NCBI GenBank assembly: GCA_026004595.1
Contig: BPJL01000001.1
Span: 90,486 to 154,485, forward strand
Direction: 5' to 3'
DNA: 64,000 bases
From: Patescibacteria group bacterium
GTDB lineage: Bacteria; Patescibacteriota; WWE3; UBA101185; UBA10185
A program made the position numbers and the translations under genes. Below the pieces are notes generated by a model. It saw only the letters and a program-made list of their open reading frames with translations, did no database searches and was not told the DNA's origin. Positions 10,539 to 19,778 of this stretch are shown one piece after another. The stretch's first letter is position 1, and every line of letters starts with the position of its first letter.

Positions 10539-10758
10539 TAACGAGATAAAAATTAACAAAGAATATAACTTAGCCGAGCTAGTTTATAAGTACCCGCAGA
10601 CCGAAGAAGTATTGATGGATTATGGTCTGCATTGCGCTGGATGTATAGCCAGTTCCTTTGACACAATTGAAGCTGGGGCAAAAGTACATGGAATGACGGA
10701 CGAAGAAATTGAGGAAATGCTTGAAAGAGTAAACGAAGTAATAAATTTTAATGAATAA
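10525..10758 (+). CDS. DUF1858 (hybrid-cluster-protein-associated redox disulfide) domain protein
   Basis: LVYKYPQTEEVLMDYGLHCAGCIASSFDTIEAGAKVHG matches the DUF1858 CxxC signature. Confidence 0.6.
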   Translation: MKKNNNEIKINKEYNLAELVYKYPQTEEVLMDYGLHCAGCIASSFDTIEAGAKVHGMTDEEIEEMLERVNEVINFNE

Positions 10759-10768
10759 AGGAGTATTT

Positions 10769-10993
10769 ATGAAAATTTCAAGAGTGGAAATTGACAGAAA
10801 CTTATGTGTTGGTTCAGCTACATGTGTGGTTATAGCGCCCGATGCTTTTGAACTAGACGGCGACGGAATATCAATTTTTAAAAAAGACGGCTTAACAGTA
10901 GATGCTGAAACCGTGCTCAAGGCTGCAAAATCGTGTCCCACTCAGGCAATAAGCGTTTTTGATGAAAGAGGTAGAAGGATCTGGCCTGAGTGA
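10769..10993 (+). CDS. Small single-cluster 4Fe-4S ferredoxin
   Basis: Cysteine spacing DRNLCVGSATC....AAKSCPTQAISV is typical of Fer4_13/15 ferredoxins. Start is taken at the internal ATG. Confidence 0.6.
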   Translation: MKISRVEIDRNLCVGSATCVVIAPDAFELDGDGISIFKKDGLTVDAETVLKAAKSCPTQAISVFDERGRRIWPE

Positions 10994-11014
10994 GAGCAGT
11001 GTTAAAATAGGTTT

Positions 11015-11353
11015 ATGAAATACCAAATTATGTCAGACAATATGTCCGTGTCTCCTAGTATGGTAACGTTGGTAAAGACAAAATTTAACAGAATATCCAA
11101 AAGATTTTCAGATGTTGATGAAGACGCAAAGTTTGCGCGTGTCGTATTAAACACGGCGCCCAATGAAATGTTTGAGGTCAAAGCTAACGTTGTGATTGCG
11201 GGAAAAGAATACTTTTCGGATGAAACGGAATACAATTTTGAAACCGCAGTGGTGAATACTGTTGAAGAGATATTGCAAATGATAGAAAAGGACAAGGAAA
11301 TTCAAGATAAAAAGGCGTTAAAAGAGGAAATTGACTTGGTTGAGGGAGTATAA
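11015..11353 (+). CDS. hpf: Ribosome hibernation promoting factor (HPF/RaiA family)
   Basis: About 110 aa. Pattern VTLVKTKFNRISKRFSD...ARVVLNTAPNEMFEVKANVVIAGKEYFSDETEYNFETAVVNTVEEI follows HPF/YfiA. Confidence 0.55.
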   Translation: MKYQIMSDNMSVSPSMVTLVKTKFNRISKRFSDVDEDAKFARVVLNTAPNEMFEVKANVVIAGKEYFSDETEYNFETAVVNTVEEILQMIEKDKEIQDKKALKEEIDLVEGV

Positions 11354-11451
11354 TAACCTACACATATATTTTTGGGTCTTGCTGTAGATTTAACACGAAG
11401 GAAATGTACCTGAAGGCTGAAGCCGACCTTGTAAAAAATATTATTGCGTTG

Positions 11452-11527
11452 GGGTGATTAGCTCAATTGGCAGAGCTCTCGTCTTATACACGAGCGGTTC
11501 CTGGTTCGATCCCAGGATCACCCACCA
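11452..11527 (+). tRNA. tRNA-Ile (anticodon TAT, reads AUA)
   Basis: 76-nt cloverleaf GGGTGAT TA GCTC AATTGGCA GAGC T CTCGT CTTATAC ACGAG CGGTT CCTGG TTCGATC CCAGG ATCACCC A CCA. The anticodon loop gives UAU. Confidence 0.8.
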
Positions 11528-12794
11528 AAATCTTTTCTTCTCTAACACCTCTCTTTAATATCCGCCACCAACCACGGATTTTCTTGGTAGATATTATGGC
11601 TAGAATAGGCAGATAAAGTATGAGTAGTAGTGTGTGAGTCAACTGCCATCCGAAAACGGAGAAGTAGAAATATAGGTTGAATGTTAGAACTGTAAAAACG
11701 TAGAACCAAGGTTTTCTTGATTTGGTAAGAAGCCCCATCATGGGAATTATTAATATGATAAAGTCGGCGGGCATTGTGTGCGGGGTAAGGATGAGGCAGA
11801 TTAATAGACAGAAGTAGTATATATAGGATCCATGATAGTATTTGTCTTTCCTTTTAATTAGTAGGAAAGCAATAATAAACTGAGTAATCAAAGCGATCGT
11901 AAATATTATAAAGAGACTTTGAAAAGGTGAATTCAGCCCCCCGCTCAATTCTGATATCACGGAGTAGATATCCAACCCGTACTTATATGCCATTCCAAAA
12001 CTATTCGGGACAGCAACATAGTCTTTTAACAAAAAAATGTATTGAATGATGTGATCCTTTGTTATTAACAGGCTGTTGAGAAAAGTTAGTATAAAAAGGC
12101 CGACAAACGAACTAAGGATAAATTTTCTCTTATCCTCATATATTGCGTAGATGAGAATGATGAAAGGCAAGTATTGATACTTCAAAATTAGCAGAGAAGA
12201 AAGCAACCCAAGTTTCACCGATTTTTTCTGGGCAAAGGCAATGTACATTTCCACCATAACCCAGAATATCAGCGCGCCTATCTGGGCGAGATGCACACTT
12301 GCATAAATCGGGTAGAAAGATGATACAAAAACTGTTGTCCAGGATAAAAATTTTATTCTGTGAAATCTGTAAAGTCTATAAATTGCGAAGAGTATTATAA
12401 TTAAAGATATCGAGTGGGCGGCAATCTCTGCGTATGAGGGTTGAAATAGCAGGAAGGGTATGTGCAGTACAGCCCCTAAAGGAGGGGTTACATAAGCCAT
12501 GAACCCCATTTCATTTTTTAATTTCTCATTGAATAACTGTCGTTGTCTTGTGTACTGTACCTCAGGATTGTATAAATTTTGCCTATTATTTATCAGTAAG
12601 TCCGCACCTGTGTAAAAGGAATAAAAATCGGTAGCCTTGCTCTCAAACGCGGAATACGTGATGTGGACAAAAAAAACTGTGGAAAAAAGTATGATAGCGG
12701 CGTGCGAGCCAAGTTTCTTGTTATCTACTTCCCACACCCATTTGATAAGCGCTGATTTCACTTTGTCTACTATGTTTCTTGTGATTGTTGCCAC
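11484..12794 (-). CDS. Polytopic membrane glycosyltransferase, GT-C fold (DUF2029/GT87-like)
   Basis: 436 aa with more than 10 TM helices and large loops. General GT-C/DUF2029 architecture. The last 14 codons run antisense through tRNA-Ile, so the true stop may be artefactual. Confidence 0.45.
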   Translation of the reverse strand: MATITRNIVDKVKSALIKWVWEVDNKKLGSHAAIILFSTVFFVHITYSAFESKATDFYSFYTGADLLINNRQNLYNPEVQYTRQRQLFNEKLKNEMGFMAYVTPPLGAVLHIPFLLFQPSYAEIAAHSISLIIILFAIYRLYRFHRIKFLSWTTVFVSSFYPIYASVHLAQIGALIFWVMVEMYIAFAQKKSVKLGLLSSLLILKYQYLPFIILIYAIYEDKRKFILSSFVGLFILTFLNSLLITKDHIIQYIFLLKDYVAVPNSFGMAYKYGLDIYSVISELSGGLNSPFQSLFIIFTIALITQFIIAFLLIKRKDKYYHGSYIYYFCLLICLILTPHTMPADFIILIIPMMGLLTKSRKPWFYVFTVLTFNLYFYFSVFGWQLTHTLLLILYLPILAIISTKKIRGWWRILKRGVREEKILVGDPGIEPGTARV

Positions 12795-12828
12795 TGAATA
12801 AGTATAGCAATTTTAGATTTGGCCAAAA

Positions 12829-13704
12829 TTAAAGAGTTTCCAACTCGGTCTTTTCCTGATCTCCTGCTCTCTGTACATATTGTAAGTATCTTTCTGTAGT
12901 TGATATTCTTTTATGACCTGCAACTTTTGACAAAAAAATGATGCTCACGCCCGAAGCCAAATGGTGAGCAACGAATGTGTGTCTCAGATCATTTACTTTT
13001 GCATTTTCCACACCCGCTAGTTTGAAATATCTATCGATGGTTGACCTTATATTTCTTATCAAAAGAGGGTTTCCGGTTTTCGTGACAAACAAATACTCGG
13101 AGCCCTTGATATTATTTCTTTCTTCTCTCATATATCTATTGATAGCATCAATGACGGCTTTATTCAGAGGGATGTTCCTTGCCTCTTTGTTGTTTTTCTT
13201 AGGCACAAATAAATTTCCGGTCGCGCCGGTTAATGTCAGATGCTCAATTTTTATTTCAGATAATTCAGAGATTGTAACTCCGGTTTGAAGCAACATTTCT
13301 ATCATGGCGTAGGTCCTAAGATCATTTCTTGTGGCGTCTCTCAAAGCACGGTACTCCATTCTTGTGAGAATTCTCGGTGCCTTGTTTTCGAGCTTTGGGT
13401 GCCTTAGACCAAGAGAAATATTTTCGGTAATGTGTCCCTCGGTGTGCAGATATTTAATAAATGTTCTGGTCGCATTCGTTTTTCTTGATACAGACTTAGG
13501 AGTGTAATCAGCAGCTGAAAGCTTTTTCATAAAACTTTCTAAATGCGCAAGTTTGATTTCATTTACCAGGTTTATTCCCATTTCCGAAAGATGGGATAAT
13601 AGCTGCTCTATATCCTTGCTATAAGCTACAACCGTAGCCTCAGACTTGCCGTCTTTTCTTAATTTTTCTACAAAGTTTTTGTGCGCAGTTTGAAGGTTTA
13701 ACAT
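12829..13704 (-). CDS. Tyrosine recombinase XerC/XerD family
   Basis: C-terminal catalytic motifs LRHTFVAHHLASG and GHKRISTTERY. N-terminal SAM-like core-binding domain. Confidence 0.8.
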   Translation of the reverse strand: MLNLQTAHKNFVEKLRKDGKSEATVVAYSKDIEQLLSHLSEMGINLVNEIKLAHLESFMKKLSAADYTPKSVSRKTNATRTFIKYLHTEGHITENISLGLRHPKLENKAPRILTRMEYRALRDATRNDLRTYAMIEMLLQTGVTISELSEIKIEHLTLTGATGNLFVPKKNNKEARNIPLNKAVIDAINRYMREERNNIKGSEYLFVTKTGNPLLIRNIRSTIDRYFKLAGVENAKVNDLRHTFVAHHLASGVSIIFLSKVAGHKRISTTERYLQYVQRAGDQEKTELETL

Positions 13705-13727
13705 AATTTTATTATGGCTCCTTTTGT

Positions 13728-14237
13728 TTGTGCAGTGTTATTTTGGGATTTCTAGAGAAACAAGAATATTCAATAGGCGAAACCCTATGGGGCATATTAG
13801 CACTTGCCTTGCCAGCTGTCAATTTATTGACTATCATCGGTTTGATGATTAGAAGCAGTGTCCGTGCAAAGATCTTAATTTCAGTTGTTTTCATTGTGAT
13901 GTCGGCCAATTTCATAAAGTCAACCTTAGATGCGCTTGCCGGCCGAAAAAGGTTTGATGAAGCCCAGAAGCGGGAGCGAGAGCTTGTCCAAGAGAGAGAC
14001 TTGCTGAAACGCCAACTAGAGTACAAAAGGACCCAAGAGTATATAGAGGAAAGTGCCAGAAACGAATTAAACCTGATAAAGCCGGGCGAAAAGGTATATG
14101 TTCTTGAAAATTCAGCTCAGGGAGAAACAGACGGACAATACTATTGGGGGCAAACGGATGCTGAGGGAGTTGTGGCTGCCGCTGCTGATGAGGAAAAGTA
14201 TCCGAATTGGTATTATTGGTACAAGCTGTTTTTTTGA
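13728..14237 (+). CDS. Septum formation initiator FtsB/DivIC-like
   Basis: TM helix then coiled-coil with the signature LLKRQLEYKRTQEYIEESARNELNLIKPGEKVYVL. Confidence 0.6.
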   Translation: MCSVILGFLEKQEYSIGETLWGILALALPAVNLLTIIGLMIRSSVRAKILISVVFIVMSANFIKSTLDALAGRKRFDEAQKRERELVQERDLLKRQLEYKRTQEYIEESARNELNLIKPGEKVYVLENSAQGETDGQYYWGQTDAEGVVAAAADEEKYPNWYYWYKLFF

Positions 14238-14276
14238 CAACAACGCTATTATCTGTTAGATTTTTAACCGTATTGA

Positions 14277-14350
14277 CGCGGGGTGGAGGAATGGCACCTC
14301 ACCGGGCTCATAATCCGGGGGTCCTGGTTCGAGTCCAGGCCCCGCAACCA
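14277..14350 (+). tRNA. Initiator tRNA-fMet (anticodon CAT)
   Basis: CGCGGGGTGGAGG...CCGGGCTCATAATCCGG...CCCCGCAACCA. Closely parallels E. coli tRNA-fMet, including the C1-A72 mismatch and G-rich anticodon stem. CCA is encoded. Confidence 0.85.
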
Positions 14351-14401
14351 ATATTTATTCCCAGAAACATTGATCATGTGTATAATCCTGATAGGAATTT
14401 T

Positions 14402-14478
14402 GCCAACATAGCTCAGTAGGTTAGAGCGGTCGTTTCATAAGCGACAGGTCCCTGGTTCGATCCCAGGTGTTGGCACCA
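14402..14478 (+). tRNA. tRNA-Met (anticodon CAT, elongator; tRNA-Ile2/LAU not excluded)
   Basis: 77-nt cloverleaf GCCAACA TA GCTC AGTAGGTTA GAGC G GTCGT TTCATAA GCGAC AGGTC CCTGG TTCGATC CCAGG TGTTGGC A CCA. Confidence 0.75.
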
Positions 14479-14553
14479 TTTGAACCTTTAACTAAAGAAA
14501 AAAACAGCCTTTTGTGATAAATTTATCCTAGTCATTATTGCCTGGAGATTTTT

Positions 14554-15555
14554 ATGAAAAAAAGAATTTTAACGGGAGACAATACGACGGGCCGACTTCA
14601 TTTGGGCCATTACGTGGGGTCACTTGAAAACAGAGTGAAATTGCAGGATTCATATGAGACTTTTGTTATTTTAGCCGATGCCCACTCTCTAGCTTACCCC
14701 AAGTATATCGGCCAACCCGATCTTATCTCCGATTCAATACTTCAGGTGGCGATAGATAATCTTTCAGTTGGTCTGGCTCCTGAAAAGGTGACTCTTTTTG
14801 CCGAGTCAACCGTTCCAGAGATTTATGAGATCGCTCTTCTGCTATCAATGCTTGTCCCATACCCAAGAATATTGAGGAACCCGACAATAAAGGATGAAAT
14901 AAGAGAGAAGGAGCTAGGAGACAACTATTCAATGGGGTTTCTAAATTTTCCGATAATGATGGCTTCGGACATTTTGTCTGTAAGGGCTGATCTTGTTCCG
15001 GTTGGAGAGGACCAAGAACCGCACCTTGAGCTAACAAGGGAAATTGTTCGCAAATTTAATAGTACGTATGGCGAGGTTTTTAAAGAGCCCGAGGCTATGA
15101 TAGGGAGAGTGGCCCGTCTGGTGGGGTTGGATGGTAGCACAAAAATGACGAAAAGTCTCAATAACGCCATTTTTTTAAGCGATGATGAAAAAACCGTTCG
15201 TCAGAAGGTTTTGAAAATGTATACCGACCCCAATCGCCTCCATCCGACAGACCCTGGGAAAGTAGAGGGCAACCCAGTTTTTATATACCACGACGCTTTT
15301 AATGATAATAAAGAAGAGGTGGAGGATTTAAAAAAGAGATATGTTGTGGGAAGAGTCGGAGATGTTGAAGTAAAGGAAAGACTTATTGTTGCCATAGAAA
15401 AATTTTTGGCGCCGATCAGAGAGAGAAGGGCGAAGTACGAAGCTGATCTGGACACGGTTCATGGGATTTTGATTGAAGGTGCAAAGAGAACAAGAAAAGA
15501 GGCCGCCGAGACCTTAAATCTTGTCCGAGAGAAGATGAAGCTTCCAAGGTTTTAA
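14554..15555 (+). CDS. trpS: Tryptophanyl-tRNA synthetase
   Basis: Class I HIGH motif (TGRLHLGHY) and KMSKS-like motif (KMTKSLNN). TrpRS-sized at 333 aa. Confidence 0.9.
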   Translation: MKKRILTGDNTTGRLHLGHYVGSLENRVKLQDSYETFVILADAHSLAYPKYIGQPDLISDSILQVAIDNLSVGLAPEKVTLFAESTVPEIYEIALLLSMLVPYPRILRNPTIKDEIREKELGDNYSMGFLNFPIMMASDILSVRADLVPVGEDQEPHLELTREIVRKFNSTYGEVFKEPEAMIGRVARLVGLDGSTKMTKSLNNAIFLSDDEKTVRQKVLKMYTDPNRLHPTDPGKVEGNPVFIYHDAFNDNKEEVEDLKKRYVVGRVGDVEVKERLIVAIEKFLAPIRERRAKYEADLDTVHGILIEGAKRTRKEAAETLNLVREKMKLPRF

Positions 15556-15573
15556 TGTATAATTCACACGCTT

Positions 15574-17439
15574 ATGACAAAGACCTCCGTTTCAAAAGAT
15601 GGCAATAAAAACAAAAAAAGTGTTTCGATCCCCTTTTTGGGGGAAATGAATTCCGGCAGTCCCTGGGGTAATGTATTCTTTTATCTGTTTCTGCTGTTTA
15701 TATTTTTCATGATTTTCGGAGGAGTTGGGGGGCTATCTCAAAAGCCTGAGCAGATCGGTATTAATGAAATGGTAAAGCTGATTCAAGATGAAAAAGTGCA
15801 GGACATTGTTGTTGCTGGAGACAAAATCGAGATACAACTTAGAGACGGTACTAAATTAGCTACCGAAAAAGAAAGCAACATAAGTTTTGATGAGATTTTA
15901 ACGAATAATAAAATAGACAGATCAAAAATTGCCGGGGACGTAAAGGTTGAACGTAGAATAACTTTTGAGCAAATACTCACCCCCCTTCTTATGTTTGGGT
16001 TTCCTCTTCTAATCTTGTTTTTCATTTTTAGACAAATGAGAACTGCTAATAGCGATATAACTTCGTTTGGAAAAAGCCGAGCGCGACTCTTCAAAAAAGG
16101 GCAGACGCAGATTACGTTTGATGATGTTGCTGGTAATCAAGAGGCCAAGACCGAGATGATGGAGATAGTAGATTTTTTGAAAAATCCGGATAAATATAGA
16201 AAACTTGGGGCGAGAATTCCCAAAGGAATTTTATTGGTAGGTCCATCAGGTGTAGGAAAGACTTTGTTGGCTAAGGCGATTGCCGGTGAGGCTAACGTTC
16301 CTTTCTATTCCGTTGCGGGAAGTGAGTTTATGGAGATGTTGGTGGGAGTCGGTTCTTCTAGGGTGCGAGATTTATTCAATGTTGCGAGAAGTAACCAGCC
16401 AAGCCTTATCTTCATAGATGAAATTGATGCTATTGGAAGGCAGAGGGGTATGGGTATTGGCGGGGGACACGACGAAAGAGAGCAAACATTAAATCAGATT
16501 CTTATTGAAATGGATGGTTTCGATACCAGAACCTATGTCATAGTTTTGGCTGCTACTAATAGACCCGATATGCTTGATCCCGCTTTAATAAGACCGGGGA
16601 GATTTGATCGCCGTATTACCGTAATGCTTCCTGATCTTAAGGATAGGGAGGCGATAATAAGAATCCACATGAAAGACAAGCCGGTTTCCGAAGAGGTAAA
16701 AATAGAGCAAATAGCGAGAAAGACCGTTGGTTTCAGCGGAGCCGACATTGAAAATATGATGAATGAAGCGGCAATACTAGCCGCCCGTGCGAATAAAGCT
16801 GAAATTGATCAGAAGGATATTGAGGAGGCAGCTCTAAAAGTCACTTTGGGGTCTGAAAGGAAGACCCTGCAATCTGAGGAAGAAAGAAAAATGACGGCTT
16901 ACCACGAAGCTGGTCATGCTCTTGTTTCCGCTTTTGTTAAAGATATGGATCCTGTGTATAGGGTTTCAATTATAGCTCGTGGCGCTTCGTTGGGGCATAC
17001 AAGCTTTCCTCCCGAACGTGATCGTTATAACGAAACACGGACGCGCTTGAACTCAATAATCTGCACAATGTTGGGGGGACGCGCCGCCGAGGAAATAGTA
17101 TTTGGGGAGCTTACTGTTGGAGCTGCTGACGATATTGCCAAGGCTACTGATATTGCTCGAAAGATGGTGTCTGAATGGGGGATGAGTTCTTTAGGTCCTG
17201 TCTCTTACGATATAGGTACAGGACAATTTTGGCTCGCTCGTGGTATTGAGGAGGGGAACAAGGTTAGTGAGGACATGGCCGCCAAGATAGATGCCGAAGT
17301 TCAAAGGATTGTTCACGACGCTTTTGAGAAAGCAAAGGAAGTGCTTAAGGAGCACCGAGAGAAGCTTGATAAGGTAGCAGGAAAACTTCTGGAAAAAGAA
17401 ACCATTGATGGGGAAGAATTTAAGGCCTTAATCTCATAG
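15574..17439 (+). CDS. ftsH: ATP-dependent zinc metalloprotease FtsH
   Basis: TM anchor. AAA+ Walker [12 protein letters not shown]. Zinc motif HEAGHAL. Confidence 0.95.
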   Translation: MTKTSVSKDGNKNKKSVSIPFLGEMNSGSPWGNVFFYLFLLFIFFMIFGGVGGLSQKPEQIGINEMVKLIQDEKVQDIVVAGDKIEIQLRDGTKLATEKESNISFDEILTNNKIDRSKIAGDVKVERRITFEQILTPLLMFGFPLLILFFIFRQMRTANSDITSFGKSRARLFKKGQTQITFDDVAGNQEAKTEMMEIVDFLKNPDKYRKLGARIPKGILLVGPSGVGKTLLAKAIAGEANVPFYSVAGSEFMEMLVGVGSSRVRDLFNVARSNQPSLIFIDEIDAIGRQRGMGIGGGHDEREQTLNQILIEMDGFDTRTYVIVLAATNRPDMLDPALIRPGRFDRRITVMLPDLKDREAIIRIHMKDKPVSEEVKIEQIARKTVGFSGADIENMMNEAAILAARANKAEIDQKDIEEAALKVTLGSERKTLQSEEERKMTAYHEAGHALVSAFVKDMDPVYRVSIIARGASLGHTSFPPERDRYNETRTRLNSIICTMLGGRAAEEIVFGELTVGAADDIAKATDIARKMVSEWGMSSLGPVSYDIGTGQFWLARGIEEGNKVSEDMAAKIDAEVQRIVHDAFEKAKEVLKEHREKLDKVAGKLLEKETIDGEEFKALIS

Positions 17440-17443
17440 CTCC

Positions 17444-18226
17444 ATGCTTACTGATTCCCATTGTCATCTGAAAGATTCTAGTTATGGTAAATCTCCGAAA
17501 GAGATAGTTGAGGATGGTAAAAAGCAAGATGTTTCTCTTTTTATAAATATAGCTACCTCTTTGAACGACAGTTATGTCTCATCAGATATCTGCGGAGAAA
17601 TTTCTGAAGTCTTTGGTACTGTGGGTATTTATCCTCATAGCGATTTAGGACAAGATATTTCTTCGGTTTCTAGTCTGCTTGAAAAAATAATTGACTGCAA
17701 CAGGAAAATTGTCGGCATTGGAGAGTGTGGTATAGATTTGTCCGATAACAAACCGGCTAGAGAGCTAAAGGAGCAGAAAGAGCTTTTTGTTTCTCACATA
17801 GAACTTAGCTTAAAGAAGGACAAAGTCCTTGTCATTCACAACAGAAATGCTGATGAAGTTGTTCTAGATATCCTTTCTGGATACGTTGGTAGGGGATTGA
17901 GAGCTGTCGCTCATTGTTTTTCTTCAGACTGGGAGATCGCTAAAAAATTTTTGGATCTTGGGATTTACATATCTTTTTCAGGAATGATAACTTATCCCTC
18001 TAGACACGGTCTGAGGGAGGTAGTAAAAAATGTTCCCGATGACATGTTTTTAATAGAAACCGACTCTCCATGGCTTCCCCCTCAAGGTCATCGAGGTGAA
18101 TTGAACTATCCCAAATATGTTAAAATTGTTGCTGAAAAGGTCTCACAGGTAAAGGAAAAACCCTATCTGACCGTGGCCTCCCTTTCAACCGAAAACGCCT
18201 GCAGACTCTTCAAAATTAATTTATGA
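17444..18226 (+). CDS. tatD: TatD-family metal-dependent hydrolase/DNase
   Basis: N-terminal DSHCHL and conserved TatD histidines/acidic residues (GECGID, ETDSP). Confidence 0.8.
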   Translation: MLTDSHCHLKDSSYGKSPKEIVEDGKKQDVSLFINIATSLNDSYVSSDICGEISEVFGTVGIYPHSDLGQDISSVSSLLEKIIDCNRKIVGIGECGIDLSDNKPARELKEQKELFVSHIELSLKKDKVLVIHNRNADEVVLDILSGYVGRGLRAVAHCFSSDWEIAKKFLDLGIYISFSGMITYPSRHGLREVVKNVPDDMFLIETDSPWLPPQGHRGELNYPKYVKIVAEKVSQVKEKPYLTVASLSTENACRLFKINL

Positions 18227-19767
18227 TAGCTTCATTTGTAGAGAAACACGATAAGACTGTTCACAGGATACTGGAAATGACTCTCGGGCTCACGACCTGG
18301 ACTCTCCTGACTTCGCCCATTTGGCTGGGGTTGCTTTACCCTCCGGCAATAGTGTACATGCTCACTTTTTTTACAGTATACTGGAGCTATCTTGCCGCAA
18401 AACATACATTAGGATTGTTTCTCGGATATAGAAAGTACAAAGAGGAAATTGAAGTTGATTGGGCTGCAGAGTTCAACAAAATAGATTTTTCATCTCTTCC
18501 CGATCCGGCTACCCTGCCTGAAAGCAAGGATAAATTAAAACACTTAATTCTCATACCAGCTGTAAACGAACCGGCTGATGTATTAAGGGCAAGCATAGAC
18601 AGCATTTTTAACCAAACATATGATACCAAGAAGATCACCCTTGTCTATACGCTTGAAGAAAAATATGCCGTGGAAACGGAAAGAAATATTAGGGAAATTA
18701 TTGGCGATCGTGAAAGCAGATTAGAAAGATTTCTAGTATATGTTCATCCACGAGGTATAGAAGGGGAGGCAGTTGGAGCGGCGGCTGCGAACCGAACGTG
18801 GGGTGCAAGAAACGCTGTGGGAAGGCTCAGATCGGAAGGGGAGAACATAAGAAATTACGTTTTTAGTACCATAGATGCGGATCACGTACTTCACCCGCAG
18901 TATATTGCCAGATTATCTCATCTTTATTTAACAACTCCTAGGAGGGACAATCACTACTATTCAACAGCAGTACATTTGTTCAATAATAATCTCTGGAGAG
19001 TTCCGGTTATGATGCGAATTGAGGCCAATGCAGTTACCATGGGGAGTTTGTCTGACTGGAGCGCCACAAAGGGAGTATTGAAAGACAGCTTTTCATCTTA
19101 TTCGGCGTCTCTCCAAACTTTAATAGATGCTGATTATTGGGATGTTACTTTAGGGGTAGATGACACTATTTTTTACTGGAGGGCTTTTTTCAAAAGAGAT
19201 GGAGATTTTGATGGAGTACCTCATTATATACCTTATTCGGCAGACGCTGTGGAAGGAAAGAATTTTATTGATTCTCATGTTAGGTTATACAAACAGCTTC
19301 TTAGGTGGGGGTGGGGAGCAATAGATTTTCCTTTGTCGGTAAAAGAGTTTCTGAAAAATAAAAAGATTGCTCTAAGTAAGAAAATAGGATGGGTGCTGAA
19401 GCATTTTGAAAGGAGAGTGATACTTGTAAATATAGTTTTTCTGATAACTTTTGGTTTTGGATTGGTTACTCTAGTGAACCCGTATGTTAAGCAATCTAAC
19501 TTTGCCTACAGCCTTCCCGATATTATGAGTCTTATACTTACTATTACACTTGTGTTTCTTGTGCCAGCCACTTTTTTCAGAATGGGGCTTGTTGCTCCCA
19601 TGCCAGAAAATTGGCCGGTGTGGAGGAGAGTTCTAGTACTTTTGGAAGGTCCTCTGATAATGCTTAACCTTTTGACGTACTCATTTTTTCCATGGGTTCA
19701 GGCGCAGACCAAAATGCTCCTTGGACAAAAAATGAAGGATCTTTACCACACCCCTAAGGTGAGGTAG
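18223..19767 (+). CDS. Processive family-2 glycosyltransferase (cellulose/chitin-synthase-like membrane GT2)
   Basis: N- and C-terminal TM helices flank a GT-A domain with D,D motifs (STIDADH) and the processive QxxRW motif (QLLRWGWG). Confidence 0.6.
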   Translation: MIASFVEKHDKTVHRILEMTLGLTTWTLLTSPIWLGLLYPPAIVYMLTFFTVYWSYLAAKHTLGLFLGYRKYKEEIEVDWAAEFNKIDFSSLPDPATLPESKDKLKHLILIPAVNEPADVLRASIDSIFNQTYDTKKITLVYTLEEKYAVETERNIREIIGDRESRLERFLVYVHPRGIEGEAVGAAAANRTWGARNAVGRLRSEGENIRNYVFSTIDADHVLHPQYIARLSHLYLTTPRRDNHYYSTAVHLFNNNLWRVPVMMRIEANAVTMGSLSDWSATKGVLKDSFSSYSASLQTLIDADYWDVTLGVDDTIFYWRAFFKRDGDFDGVPHYIPYSADAVEGKNFIDSHVRLYKQLLRWGWGAIDFPLSVKEFLKNKKIALSKKIGWVLKHFERRVILVNIVFLITFGFGLVTLVNPYVKQSNFAYSLPDIMSLILTITLVFLVPATFFRMGLVAPMPENWPVWRRVLVLLEGPLIMLNLLTYSFFPWVQAQTKMLLGQKMKDLYHTPKVR

Positions 19768-19778
19768 AAGTATATATA

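Noticed and set aside
11484-11527. Overlap of the GT-C ORF C-terminus with tRNA-Ile on the opposite strand
   Set aside because: Most likely the protein's natural stop happens to fall inside the tRNA complement. It was not treated as a separate feature, and the precise C-terminus is uncertain.
14207-14419. 70-aa ORF predicted across the tRNA-fMet/tRNA-Met pair
   Set aside because: It is entirely covered by two well-formed tRNA genes. The translation (GGGMAPHRAHNPGVLVRVQAP) is just tRNA sequence read as protein.
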